From positions 96,001-160,000 of the forward strand of contig JBFMAD010000007.1 of the NCBI GenBank assembly GCA_040755855.1: a stretch of DNA of 64,000 bases. The letters are read 5' to 3'. This DNA is from Planctomycetota bacterium (GTDB lineage: Bacteria; Planctomycetota; Brocadiia; JAADGH01). Every line of letters begins with the position of its first letter. Within the stretch, counting starts at the first letter, position 1. A model generated the notes under the pieces. It did no database searches. It was given only the letters and a program-made list of their open reading frames with translations, and had not been told where the DNA came from. A program made the translations under genes and the position numbers. Positions 9,203 through 19,147 of the stretch are shown here, piece after piece.

Positions 9203-11401
9203 CTATCGAAAAACAATTACCGCCGTTCCCCACGGATCGAGCGTGTGGTCGAATCGCTTCGGGTCAATCGGCAGGTCGCCGGGCTTGCCGTGCAACTGCG
9301 CCTTCCATCCCTCCTCGACACCACGTTGCTCGACCGCAACGGTCACGGCGTCCTTCGTAAAGTTGAACAGGAGGAGCAGTCGCGCCCGGTCGCGCTCCAG
9401 CGCCGCCCAGTGCTCCGGCTTGAGGCCCCTCACGGTGAAGGCCTCGTCGCAGCGCTTGCCCTTACGGAAGATGTCCTCATGCGCCGCGATGATTTCCGCC
9501 GCCTCGCTGGTGTAGTAGAACGCCGCCCCGTCCATCGTGGGCAGATACCAGATGAGCACGCCGCAGCCGCCGCTCTCGACGAACTGCCGCAGCAGCCGAT
9601 TGCGCCACGTATATGGATTCGGCGCGGGCCGCTCGTCGTTCGTCGGGGAAAGGTAGCACATCTCGCCGCCGATGAACGGGACGCCGTTGAGCGCATCCAC
9701 CGTGGCGCGGATGGCCTCCCGCGACCCGCCGTAGCCTGCAATGCCCAGGTCCAGATGCGGGGCGAGGAGCTTCCAGTCCACGCCGTAGTGGATGAGCGTC
9801 TTGGGGCACTGGTAGCCGCTATAGACCGAGAACTCGATGGGCCGCTGCGTCCGCCGGGCGGCGGACTTGAGCGACTCTCGACACAGCCTCACCAGTTCCG
9901 CGTTCTGACGGCAGCGAAAGGCGATCCATGCGTCGCGGTATTTTTCGAGGATAGTTTTCCCGTCCAGGGCTGCGTCGGCGGGGAGATTGGCCTGCGCCCG
10001 GAAGGCCGCGAGGCACCGCGCGCAGAAGCAGAACCCCTTCTCCGGCGGTTCGAGCACCGGCTGCTCGATGTCCCAGTTCACCGCCGTGTATCCGTCGCGG
10101 TTGACCTGCTCAACCAGCGCGTCGTCCATGATGCGCCGCGCCTCCGCCCCGTCCGGCGAGAGCAGCCATTCGGGGCAGAAGAGATGTGTGCGCGGCTTGC
10201 CGTCGAACCCGACGGCGGCGACATCCTTACGCTGTTCCAGGATATCCCGCGCTTTCCCGACGACGCCGAACGGCTCGCCGGGTTTCGCCAGCCAGACGCG
10301 GTGTCCCCTCGGCCAGAGGATCGAAACGACGTTGTTCTGGACGCTCCCGTAGGTCCACGTGATGCCTGAGCGCCAGGCGTTCTCCGCGTAGCTGCGGGCC
10401 ACGTCGGGGTTGCTGAACATCATCCCATACATGCACGGGGCGATGCGCGCCTCCTTGGGGCGCACATCCTTCAGCGGCGGCAGGACGATCAGCTCCGTCG
10501 CCTCCGGGGCGCTCGGCGGGCCGCCCGCGCCGGCGACCTGCGTGAAGATCGTTCCCTTCCCCTCCGGGGCGGATTCCTCGGCGCGAAAGAGCAGGGCCGC
10601 GATGGGGCGCTCGGTTGCGGAGCCGAGGTTCTCGGTCTTCAGGTCCAACTCGGCCACATAGGTCTTGCCCGGCTCAACGGCGGTCGGCTTGCGTTCGGGG
10701 TCCATCCACAGTGCCTGCTGTTGCTCGGCCTTTTCAGGCGGGCAGACGAACTTCGCGCACAGGCCGCCGTCTTTGCCCTCCGTCTGAAGGATAGGCGACT
10801 TCCATTCCTGTTCATCAAAGGTCCCGGCGCGGAGGAGGTTCTTGTCGCCGCCGTCCTCGCGCAGGACCACGTTGTCCACCCAGAATGTCCCGCTGATGCC
10901 GCGCTGCTGCCACTTGATGAGCAGGAGCGCGAGGCGCGCTGCGCCCTGGGGCGGCGTCACCTTTGCGGTGAGTCGCCGCCAGTCGAACGTCCCGCCCGCG
11001 CGGATGGCCGCTTGGTATGAAAGCGTCGCGCCGCGGTCGTCCTGCCAGCACAGCGACAGTTCGAAGCCTGCGCCGGGGTACGTGCCGTAGGTCAGGACAT
11101 GGCGCGTGTAGCGCACGCCGTTGCGGGTCTCCCCCGGCTCGGCCTTCACTTCGTCCGGCGGGTTGCCCATTTGCTTCTCCACCGCGACGAATGAAAGACA
11201 GTCCGGGGTCTCGATGATGAGCCGATAATCGTTCGTCGCGCCCTGGGGTTTGGGAAGGTAGGGCTTCAGCAGTTGCGCCGTCCCGCGCGGCACCCAGACG
11301 GTTCGCTGCTTGGGGAAGAAGGTTGGGTCCTGGGCAAACACGGCGGACAGACCGACCCACAGCGCGATGGGGGCAATGGGCAACGCCTTAATGAGAAACA
11401 T
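9203..11401 (-). CDS. Secreted hypothetical protein with CBM-like domain and probable TIM-barrel glycoside-hydrolase-like domain
   Basis: Signal peptide ending AVFA-Q; GTFDW...GTFWVDNV CBM4/9-like motif; WDIEQP and CFCARC...F motif; AGGAGG RBS. Confidence 0.6.
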   Translation of the reverse strand: MFLIKALPIAPIALWVGLSAVFAQDPTFFPKQRTVWVPRGTAQLLKPYLPKPQGATNDYRLIIETPDCLSFVAVEKQMGNPPDEVKAEPGETRNGVRYTRHVLTYGTYPGAGFELSLCWQDDRGATLSYQAAIRAGGTFDWRRLTAKVTPPQGAARLALLLIKWQQRGISGTFWVDNVVLREDGGDKNLLRAGTFDEQEWKSPILQTEGKDGGLCAKFVCPPEKAEQQQALWMDPERKPTAVEPGKTYVAELDLKTENLGSATERPIAALLFRAEESAPEGKGTIFTQVAGAGGPPSAPEATELIVLPPLKDVRPKEARIAPCMYGMMFSNPDVARSYAENAWRSGITWTYGSVQNNVVSILWPRGHRVWLAKPGEPFGVVGKARDILEQRKDVAAVGFDGKPRTHLFCPEWLLSPDGAEARRIMDDALVEQVNRDGYTAVNWDIEQPVLEPPEKGFCFCARCLAAFRAQANLPADAALDGKTILEKYRDAWIAFRCRQNAELVRLCRESLKSAARRTQRPIEFSVYSGYQCPKTLIHYGVDWKLLAPHLDLGIAGYGGSREAIRATVDALNGVPFIGGEMCYLSPTNDERPAPNPYTWRNRLLRQFVESGGCGVLIWYLPTMDGAAFYYTSEAAEIIAAHEDIFRKGKRCDEAFTVRGLKPEHWAALERDRARLLLLFNFTKDAVTVAVEQRGVEEGWKAQLHGKPGDLPIDPKRFDHTLDPWGTAVIVFR

Positions 11402-11419
11402 GCACACCTCCTTGAATTG

Positions 11420-14248
11420 TCATTGCTCCACCCACACCGGCGAGGACCATGCGATCTCTTCGTCGTCCTGGAGGACGCGGACGTAGTAGTGGCTCCGCTT
11501 CTGGCGCGGTTGGGTATCCTCGAAGACAAACTCGGCGGTGTTCCCGTCGGGCGTGATGGTGTGGACGAACTTGTTGTCCTTCGCCACCTCAACCTGCTTG
11601 ATCTTTCCGGCGGCGAGGACCTTGACCGAGATGGATACGGTCTGATCCGCAGGCACGGTGATGACCTCGCCCATCAGACTGCCATTCGCTCGTACGTCCA
11701 TGAGGATTTTTGCGGCGGTTGTGCCGTAGGTGCGGCGCCTGCGGCAGGCGTCGAGGATGGCGGCGCGGGTGAGTTCAGGAGCGAAGACGGCCGCCTTGCC
11801 ATTGCCGCCGCCGTGGTCGGGGCTGGCGATGACGCCGATGATGGTCCCCTTCGCCCATTGGTCCTGGAGGGAATATCCCTCGGTAAAGATGCTTGCCTGG
11901 CGAGGCGCGCCGAAGTACTCGTAGGAGCCGCGGTTCTGGAAGATCTCGGCCACGGGCTGATTCTTCTCCTCCACATAGTACCAGTCGGTCTTCGAGCCGC
12001 CATCAGCGAGCTGGTGCGGGATGGTGATCTGGTCCACGCCCTTTAGGATTTCCCACAGCTTGTCCGGGGGGGTATTGTCCACCGGGTCGTAGAATCGGGG
12101 GAAGTGCTCGTCGGCAAACATCACGTTCCGATGGCCGTATGTTCCTCGCTGGTCCGGCATACGCAAATTCTTGGGGGAGCCGGCCCACTCCTCGGCGAGA
12201 TACGTGATGAACCGGCCGGGGTCCTGGTTTATGCTGACAATCTTCCGGAGGTGCTGCCAGTCGTAGGGGATCATGTCCTGGCCGTGGTCGGTCAGCGCGG
12301 CGAAGTCAAGCCGGGCAATGTCGCGCACCTCGGCGAAATTTGTATCGGGTGCGCCGTCGCCCTTGGCGTTGCACTGGGAGAGTTCCGTGTGCTCGTGGAA
12401 GCCCCCCCAGTAGAGGTTCAGCTTCTCGCCCTTGTAGTCAATAGCGAAACGATCCCGATCTTCGTCGAATCGGGTCCGGTAATCCTTCACGGTGTGCGGC
12501 TGCTCTTCAGGAGCGTAAGGCTCCAACTCCAGAGGCGCGTGGGGCAGGCCGTACTTGTCGGCGTCGAACGTGCCATAGTAGACATTGCTGTGCTGGGGAC
12601 CGGTGAAGCCGCCTCGATCGGGGCGGTTCGGCCGGTCGTCGCTCTGCCACATCAGATGGAGCTTGCCGTCCAGGGCGGCCATCGGCGCGCGCCGCGCCAC
12701 GCCGTCCATGCTGCCCGACGCAAGGATCGGCTCCGACCACTTATCGCCGCTGTAGCACTGGACCCAGGTGTCGAAGTCGCCGCGCTGCCCGCGGGCCTTC
12801 TTCATGGCCACCCAGAGGCGGCCCGTCCCATCCATGGCGAGGGACGCCCGCTCGACATACGTGTGGAGCATCGCGTCCTGGAGGATTCCCTTGGGCGATA
12901 TCACCTTCTCGTCGGCGATCTTGCCCAGGCGGACGCGCTCCTGTGTCCGGCTGCTCATGTGATACCCGCCGAAAAACGAATTGTCCCAGCAGAGCCACGG
13001 CTCGCCGCGCAGGGTCGAGAGATGAGGACCTCGGTCAATGACAGGATCATCCGTCAGGCGCGCCTCGGGCTGCCACTTGCCGTCCACGTTGCGACGCATG
13101 TAGATGTCGTAGTTGCTGTCGCGGAAGCTGTCATAGGCGACGAAAACCTCGCCGGAGTCGGTAACGCAGATCGTCGGATTTTGATCGGAGGTCGGATTAT
13201 CCGTTAGCTTGACGATCTCGCTTGTCTTGCCGTCGGTCAGCGTTGCGCAGAATATATCCCGTCCGCCGCCGCGGTTGCCCTCCCAAGCGACCCAGAGGCG
13301 GCCTGTCTTGTCCACGGCGGCGACGGCCTTCACCTCGACGGATGGGTCGGTTGTCACACGGGTGATCTGCCCCGGGCCGTCGGCGCTGAGCTTAGCGGCA
13401 TAGATATCCCAGTTGTGGTCCACCTCCATCGCCCACACGAGCCATGCGCCGTCAGCCGCGCCGGCAACCTCCGGCCACAGGATGTTCCCGTCGCATTGGA
13501 CGGGCACGTCGAAGGTTTTCTGGACCTTGCCGTCGCGGATGAGACATGCCCTCAGTCGGTCGCCGGCGGCCGCGACACATGCCTTGGTCGGATCGGCGCG
13601 GTCCTCGCCCGGATTCAGGTAGGAGATCCACGCCCCCCAGAGATTCCCCGCGCGGTCGGCGGCCATCGCGGGCCAGTCGTTGAATCCGTCGTTTCTTGTG
13701 ATGTCCTGCGCGGCCTCAGCCTGTGGGATCGCAACAAGTTCGACGTCGTCAAGGAATGCCTTGCCGGGTTTCCCATACTGTCCGAAATATGACGGAATGG
13801 CAAAGCGAAGGGATTGCTTCCCGCTCTCGCGGGGGGAGAAGAGGACCTGATAGCGCTGCCATCTCCTCTGGGTGGAGCGGAGTTCGATGATCTCGATCCG
13901 GCGCGCATCGCCGTAGTGTAGATGGACGAGGCAGCGCGTCCGCTGGGGGGATTTTATCCAGAACGAGACGCGATAGACGCGCCCCGCCTCCATCTCGATC
14001 TCCTGTGCAATCGTGGCGGCTCGGTTTTTCTCTGTGGCCTCGCCCGCCACGCACTTCTTGCCGGATTTTGCCTCCTTTTCGTCTTCCACGAGTTGCACAG
14101 TCGGTCTGCCCCACCCTTTGAGTCCATCTTCGAAGCTCCCGTTCTGGATGAGGTTCACTTCTTTTTCCTGGGCCACAGAGGCAGGCCCGGGCAGCGCAAG
14201 GCCGCAGGCGAAAACCAGACCGACAAGGGCAAACACGCGAGGGAACAT
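11420..14248 (-). CDS. Secreted multidomain protein: CBM4/9-like domain, beta-propeller repeats and DUF3604/PHP metallohydrolase
   Basis: NLIQNGSFE start of CBM; repeated WxAW...DIY units; HEHT, LTDH, HRNV, TIPH and SPDH metal ligands. Confidence 0.75.
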   Translation of the reverse strand: MFPRVFALVGLVFACGLALPGPASVAQEKEVNLIQNGSFEDGLKGWGRPTVQLVEDEKEAKSGKKCVAGEATEKNRAATIAQEIEMEAGRVYRVSFWIKSPQRTRCLVHLHYGDARRIEIIELRSTQRRWQRYQVLFSPRESGKQSLRFAIPSYFGQYGKPGKAFLDDVELVAIPQAEAAQDITRNDGFNDWPAMAADRAGNLWGAWISYLNPGEDRADPTKACVAAAGDRLRACLIRDGKVQKTFDVPVQCDGNILWPEVAGAADGAWLVWAMEVDHNWDIYAAKLSADGPGQITRVTTDPSVEVKAVAAVDKTGRLWVAWEGNRGGGRDIFCATLTDGKTSEIVKLTDNPTSDQNPTICVTDSGEVFVAYDSFRDSNYDIYMRRNVDGKWQPEARLTDDPVIDRGPHLSTLRGEPWLCWDNSFFGGYHMSSRTQERVRLGKIADEKVISPKGILQDAMLHTYVERASLAMDGTGRLWVAMKKARGQRGDFDTWVQCYSGDKWSEPILASGSMDGVARRAPMAALDGKLHLMWQSDDRPNRPDRGGFTGPQHSNVYYGTFDADKYGLPHAPLELEPYAPEEQPHTVKDYRTRFDEDRDRFAIDYKGEKLNLYWGGFHEHTELSQCNAKGDGAPDTNFAEVRDIARLDFAALTDHGQDMIPYDWQHLRKIVSINQDPGRFITYLAEEWAGSPKNLRMPDQRGTYGHRNVMFADEHFPRFYDPVDNTPPDKLWEILKGVDQITIPHQLADGGSKTDWYYVEEKNQPVAEIFQNRGSYEYFGAPRQASIFTEGYSLQDQWAKGTIIGVIASPDHGGGNGKAAVFAPELTRAAILDACRRRRTYGTTAAKILMDVRANGSLMGEVITVPADQTVSISVKVLAAGKIKQVEVAKDNKFVHTITPDGNTAEFVFEDTQPRQKRSHYYVRVLQDDEEIAWSSPVWVEQ

Positions 14249-14320
14249 AGCATCTACTCCTTCCTCATTGCTCAACGATGCACGTCGGATAGTTTACCGG
14301 CCGGCAATGGGAACGTAAAG

Positions 14321-14342
14321 ACAATTCGCGGATGCGAATTGT
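14321..14342. repeat. Perfect 9-bp inverted repeat (terminator- or operator-like)
   Basis: ACAATTCGC-GGAT-GCGAATTGT just after the stop at 14351. Confidence 0.5.
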
Positions 14343-14350
14343 TGTGCAAG

Positions 14351-14746
14351 TCAGTCCTTCAGGTTCAGAATCCTGAAAATGGCCAAGAGCATGGGGACGA
14401 GGAAGAGCACGGAGACGATGTTGGCGGCAACCTTGTAGTTCTTGCGGAATATGTCGGCCATGATGTCGGGGCGCTTGAGGAACCTGCGGGCGAGGAGGTT
14501 GAACATTCGAATGAATCCGCCGAGGAAGCAATCGGCCGCCACGGCCAGGAAGATGAGAAGCAGCCCGTCAATCCGCTCGCTGGCCGGCGCGACGAGGACC
14601 GCCCCGCAGGAAACCAGGAACATGACAAACGCCACCAGCCCGCCGGCAATCAGAATAACGCTCGGAACGTTGCTATCGGGAGGAAACCAATCGTCCGCCG
14701 GCAGATGTCCGGTGGGCGATTTTGTCGGGGATCGGTCACGCGACAC
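14351..14746 (-). CDS. Small hypothetical membrane protein (about 3 TM segments)
   Basis: Three hydrophobic stretches; fits the minus-strand gene run. Confidence 0.6.
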   Translation of the reverse strand: MSRDRSPTKSPTGHLPADDWFPPDSNVPSVILIAGGLVAFVMFLVSCGAVLVAPASERIDGLLLIFLAVAADCFLGGFIRMFNLLARRFLKRPDIMADIFRKNYKVAANIVSVLFLVPMLLAIFRILNLKD

Positions 14747-14767
14747 GGGCGCAGATACCTTTCATAA

Positions 14768-15721
14768 TCATCGAATCCCGAAGTCGAGCGCGGAGATCTG
14801 TCCCTCGATCGAACGCATCGCCCCGTCGCGGGTGGTTCCGCCGGACAGGGAGTATGGCGTTGCCGCCTCGACCGACTCGGACCACTGGACGCCCCCGCGC
14901 GCTGAGTAGAGATCGAGTTTGCATGTCGCATGGATTCGATAACCGACGAGGCTGCCGTCGGGTCCGCGGTAGGGCTCACCGCCGCTGTCGGAGTAGGTTG
15001 CGCGAAGTTTCTGCACCCGTTGCTTTTTTGCCTCTTCCTGCTCGATGACGATAAATCCCTTCTGCTGAAGCACCCGGCTGAGGACGTTCTGCAGGCTGCT
15101 TTCGGCCTCCTTCCGGGCCTCGGTATCCGGCACCGGAGGCGCATTCCTATCGCGGCGTATGGCGGGGTCCTGCTCCGCTTCGGGGACAAAGACCTTGTCA
15201 ATCTTGACCTCGATGAGGACCAATGCCTGCTCATTGATGGCCTTGATCTTGGCATCAATGAGCGACACAGCCGATGGCGCGCTTCCTTCCGCTGTCTCGC
15301 GGGCCTTTTTCAGGGCTGCCAGCGCGCGTATAAAGTTCCGCACCTTTAGCGCCTTGTCCGCCTCGCTAAGGTATTCGCGGATGGGCAGAAGCGCCTCGTC
15401 CGTGACCCGCGGCGCCGTCGCCGGCAGCGCCTCCGACGAGGACGAGGAAGATGAGGACGATGTGGAAGATGAGGAAGGAGGTTTTGGCGGCGTGTATTTC
15501 TCCTTGACCACCTTCTTGATATCCTCCTTCTTGAAGGTCATCGTGCCGTACTGCATCTCGATCACGATCTGCTTGTCGTTTTCCTCCACGATTTGACCCT
15601 GGAACGTGTTCCCGCTTTTCAGAATGACCTTGTCGGCGATTGCCGAGGACGCCATGAGGCCGACGGCGACGACCGCAGCAAGCCACACGAACCACAGTGG
15701 AACGCCTCGTTTTTCTGTCAT
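14768..15721 (-). CDS. Secreted hypothetical protein with poly-Ser linker
   Basis: Signal peptide ending SAIA-D; DKVILKSG..GQIVEE small beta domain; PPKPPSSSSTSSSSSSSSE linker. Confidence 0.7.
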   Translation of the reverse strand: MTEKRGVPLWFVWLAAVVAVGLMASSAIADKVILKSGNTFQGQIVEENDKQIVIEMQYGTMTFKKEDIKKVVKEKYTPPKPPSSSSTSSSSSSSSSEALPATAPRVTDEALLPIREYLSEADKALKVRNFIRALAALKKARETAEGSAPSAVSLIDAKIKAINEQALVLIEVKIDKVFVPEAEQDPAIRRDRNAPPVPDTEARKEAESSLQNVLSRVLQQKGFIVIEQEEAKKQRVQKLRATYSDSGGEPYRGPDGSLVGYRIHATCKLDLYSARGGVQWSESVEAATPYSLSGGTTRDGAMRSIEGQISALDFGIR

Positions 15722-15725
15722 TTCA

Positions 15726-16655
15726 TCATCCTTTCTCGGAGGCCAGCGGCGAGTGGGCCGACCGATGTCGAGACCCGCCCAGATGGAACTTCGCCATTGT
15801 GGATTGCGTCTGAAACCCGATGTCGAAGAGAAGATTCAGGGCTCTCGACTGCGCCCCGTCGTTCACCGAAACAATCGTGTTCAAGCCGAGCCTGCAAAAA
15901 CGCTCAAACGCTACGCGGAGGAGCGCGTCGCCGATCTCACGGCATCGGTCTTCATCGGCGATGTGGAGGCAGCCGATCACGCCCTTGCCTCGCTTGCGAT
16001 AGCCCCACAGATAGCCGGCAAGTTCGTTGCGTGCAATCGCCTGGAGACCGAAGGCATGGTCCCAGCCCAGGAGAAACTCGAAGTCCTTCCGCCGGTGGAA
16101 CCCCGTGAGGTCCTCCTCCATCTTGACGATCCGGTTGAGGTCCGATGTCGTGATCTCACGAACAGTGATAGGGTCGGTTGCGGCGGACAGTTCGTCGGCC
16201 TTAATCCCGCTGTCTGCGAGGACGAGTTGGACCGTGTTTCCCACGATCTCGAAGCCGTGCTTCAGGTACATGCCGACAGAGACCGGATTGTGCGGGTAGG
16301 TGTCCAAGCCGATGAGTTCGCAGCTGGCGGACTTCAGATACTCCATGCCCGCCCGGAGGAGCGCCTTGCCCACCCCCGCCGACTGCGCGCCCGGCGCAAC
16401 GGCCAGCGGCCCGAACCAGCCGCATCGCCCCCGCGCATGATTGAAGTTGATGCCGATGATCGCGCCGTCGCGCTCGGCCACGAGGGCCCCTTTGGGGTCG
16501 GCGCGCTGCCAGAAGTCGAAGAACTCCCGTTCCCGCATCGGCAGGTTCGTCGGCTGGCCGGTGAGCCTTTCCTGCAAGTCGCCGAAGGCGACCCGATCAA
16601 TCTCCATGGCCCGCTCGGTCTCCTCCGGTCGCATGGGGCGGACGGTCAACGGCAT
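15726..16655 (-). CDS. Tandem GNAT-family N-acetyltransferase
   Basis: LAVAPGAQSAGVGKALL acetyl-CoA motif, MYLKHGF; second degenerate GNAT domain. Confidence 0.85.
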   Translation of the reverse strand: MPLTVRPMRPEETERAMEIDRVAFGDLQERLTGQPTNLPMREREFFDFWQRADPKGALVAERDGAIIGINFNHARGRCGWFGPLAVAPGAQSAGVGKALLRAGMEYLKSASCELIGLDTYPHNPVSVGMYLKHGFEIVGNTVQLVLADSGIKADELSAATDPITVREITTSDLNRIVKMEEDLTGFHRRKDFEFLLGWDHAFGLQAIARNELAGYLWGYRKRGKGVIGCLHIADEDRCREIGDALLRVAFERFCRLGLNTIVSVNDGAQSRALNLLFDIGFQTQSTMAKFHLGGSRHRSAHSPLASEKG

Positions 16656-16670
16656 CTCACTCCTCTGATA

Positions 16671-17696
16671 TTACTCCGCCCACGTGAAGACCACGCCGAG
16701 GTACTCGTCCTTCTTTTTCTGCAAGCCCTCATAGGCGATCTGGGCGTCCTCGGGCGAGATCGCGTGCGTGATGAGGCCCTCCACCTTCAGCCGCCCGCGG
16801 CGGAGGAAGTCCAGGAGCAGTTCGTAGTTCTGCTGGATGGACGGCCCGCCCTCGGGCGTCGGGAATTTCGGGTAGAGCCACTCCAGCGCGCCCTTGATGG
16901 CCACGCCGCGGATGTGGCAGTCGTGCAGGATATCGCTCGCGTCCACCTTCGACCGCCCGCGCGGAGAACCGAGCAGGATCAACTCGCCGTTCTTCCGCGC
17001 AAGGGCCATGGCGCCGGGGATGAGGTCGGGCAGGCCGATGGCGTCCACGACGCACTTCGCCCCCTCGCCGTTGGTCAGGGCCTTGACTCGCTCGATCGCG
17101 TTCTCTTCCCTGGGGTTGATGAGGTGCCGCACACCGCAGATGCGGGCGAGAGCCAGTCGCTGCTCGGAGACATCAATGCCGATGACCCGCGCCCCCTGCA
17201 GATCGAACAGCTGCGCCGCGAAGTTGCCCACAAGGCCGAGGCCCTGAACTACCACCGCGTCGCCCATCCGGAAGTCGGCAACGCGCACGGACGTGATCGC
17301 CACCCCCGCCAGGCGCAGGAGAAGGGCATGGTGATGGTTCACGTCGTTCGGAAGCTTGAGGGCGTTCGTGGCCTTCAGGTTCACTAAGTGGATCGAGGCA
17401 TGTTTGCCCATAGTGAAAATGAAGTCGCCCTCGTGGTAGTCGTTCACGTTCGCGCCGACTTTCAGCACGCGCCCTACGCTGGCATATCCCGGGTGGAAGG
17501 GATAGTGGCACCATGCCTTTGGGTCGTAAACCTGCTCATCGAGGGCGCTGAAGATGGCCCCCTCCGTGCCCGGGCTGATGAGGGAGCAGAGGGTCTGGAT
17601 CAGGACATGGTCCGCCGGGACCCGCGTCTCGTCAATCTCGAAGTCTTCCAGAACCACCTTGTTCGCTTCAGGAAAGCACAGCCGCTTCCCTTTCAT
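16671..17696 (-). CDS. Zinc-binding (MDR) dehydrogenase, sugar/polyol type
   Basis: ISPGTE, HPGYASVG, GLGLVG NAD-binding motif; AAGGAGG RBS. Confidence 0.85.
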   Translation of the reverse strand: MKGKRLCFPEANKVVLEDFEIDETRVPADHVLIQTLCSLISPGTEGAIFSALDEQVYDPKAWCHYPFHPGYASVGRVLKVGANVNDYHEGDFIFTMGKHASIHLVNLKATNALKLPNDVNHHHALLLRLAGVAITSVRVADFRMGDAVVVQGLGLVGNFAAQLFDLQGARVIGIDVSEQRLALARICGVRHLINPREENAIERVKALTNGEGAKCVVDAIGLPDLIPGAMALARKNGELILLGSPRGRSKVDASDILHDCHIRGVAIKGALEWLYPKFPTPEGGPSIQQNYELLLDFLRRGRLKVEGLITHAISPEDAQIAYEGLQKKKDEYLGVVFTWAE

Positions 17697-17739
17697 TGCC
17701 GCCCTCCTTATCTATTCCTTGATGTCGTCAAAACTGATC

Positions 17740-17846
17740 GTAGCGGAAGTCGCCGGACTTCCGACAAGGCAATCGAACCTCCCGGAGGTTCCAAACCTCC
17801 GGGAGGTTTGTGCCTCTCCGGGCTGAACTCTGGCGGGTTCAGCTAC
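17740..17846. repeat. REPIN-like element: two inverted GTAG-REP hairpins enclosing a perfect 15-bp inverted repeat
   Basis: GTAG-CGGAAGTC-GCCG-GACTTCCG (17740-17763); reverse-strand GTAG-CTGAACCC-GCCA-GAGTTCAG (17846-17823); AACCTCCCGGAGGTT-CCA-AACCTCCGGGAGGTT (17776-17808). Confidence 0.75.
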
Positions 17847-17851
17847 AGGAA

Positions 17852-19147
17852 CTACATGGTCGCCCGCTTCGCCTTCTCCCGCACCTTGAAGACGCAGAAT
17901 TCGCCGCACATGGAGCAGGTGTCCTCGCTCTGGGCCTTGATGTGGGCGCGGAACTCCTTGGCGCGCTTCGGGTCGAGGCACTCGCTCAGCATCTTTCGCC
18001 AGTCGCGGGTCCGTCGGTAGCCGGAGAAGGTCCGGTCCCAGTCGGCCGCGCCCGGCAGGCCGCGGGCGATGTCCGCCGCGTGGGCCGCGATGCGCGCCAC
18101 GACAACGCCCTCGCGCACGTCCGCCGGCGTGGGCAGGCTCAGGTGCTCGGTCGGCGTGACGTAGCAGAGAAAGTCCGCCCCCGCCATGCCCGCCACGGCC
18201 CCGCCGATGGCCGCGTTGATGTGGTCATACCCTGGGGCGACGTCCGTGACGAGCGGACCAAGGACATAGAACGGCGCGCCCTTGCAGAGTTCCTTCTCCA
18301 TCTGCACCTGGGCCTGGATCTGGTTCAGGGGCACATGGCCCGGCCCCTCGATCATCACCTGCACGCCCGCGTCGCGCGCGCGCGCGGCCAGCTCGGCCAG
18401 GACGTTCAGCTCGTGCACCTGCGGACGGTCGAAGGCGTCGGCCAGGGCCCCGGGCCGCAGGCCATCGCCCAAACTGAGCGTAGCATCATGCTCGCGGGCG
18501 ATGTCGAGCACGTCGTCGAACCGCTCATACAACGGATTTTCGCAATTGTGATATTTCATCCACTCGGCCAAGAAGGTCCCTCCCCGGCTGACGATGCCGC
18601 ACACGCGCTCGCACTGGTCGAGCGACCGGAGCACATCCCGCGTCACCCCGCAGTGGACGGTGATGAAGTCAATCCCGTCCTCGCAGTGGACGCGGACGGC
18701 GTCGAGCATGTCCTCGGCGGTCATGTTCATGATGGTCTTCTTCCCGCGGACGGCGCGGACGGCGGCGTAGTAGATGGGGACGCTGCCGAGGGCGACCTTC
18801 GACTCCGCGATGATGCGGCGGCGGATCGCGTCAATGTCGCCGCCGGTACTGAGGTCCATGGCCGTGTCGGTCCCGGCCTCCTCGGCGGCGCGGAGCTTGA
18901 CCAGCTCGTCGGCCACGTCGGCATGGTCCATGGAGGAACCGATGTTGGCGTTGACCTTGATGCGCAGATTCTCGCCGATGGCGCAGATTCCCTCTGTCTT
19001 GCGGTTCCGGTTGCAGGGGAGCACGGCCCTGCCCTCGGCGATTCTTCGCCGCAGTTCCTCCGGCGCACAATCCTCGGCCTTGGCCGCGCGCTCCATCTCC
19101 GGGGTGATTTTATTCGCTTTTGCGTATTGAAGCTGTGTCACGTTCAT
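17852..19147 (-). CDS. thiC: Phosphomethylpyrimidine synthase ThiC (short ~431-aa type)
   Basis: KVNANIGSS, MDLSTGG, GIVSRGG, SLGDGLRPG, MIEGPGH, CYVTPTEHL, C-terminal CSMCGEFC cluster motif; start MNVTQL. Confidence 0.9.
   Translation of the reverse strand: MNVTQLQYAKANKITPEMERAAKAEDCAPEELRRRIAEGRAVLPCNRNRKTEGICAIGENLRIKVNANIGSSMDHADVADELVKLRAAEEAGTDTAMDLSTGGDIDAIRRRIIAESKVALGSVPIYYAAVRAVRGKKTIMNMTAEDMLDAVRVHCEDGIDFITVHCGVTRDVLRSLDQCERVCGIVSRGGTFLAEWMKYHNCENPLYERFDDVLDIAREHDATLSLGDGLRPGALADAFDRPQVHELNVLAELAARARDAGVQVMIEGPGHVPLNQIQAQVQMEKELCKGAPFYVLGPLVTDVAPGYDHINAAIGGAVAGMAGADFLCYVTPTEHLSLPTPADVREGVVVARIAAHAADIARGLPGAADWDRTFSGYRRTRDWRKMLSECLDPKRAKEFRAHIKAQSEDTCSMCGEFCVFKVREKAKRATM

Noticed and set aside
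15431..15480. GAGGAY/GAAGAT-type low-complexity repeat
   Set aside because: Simply encodes the poly-Ser linker of the 14768-15721 protein.
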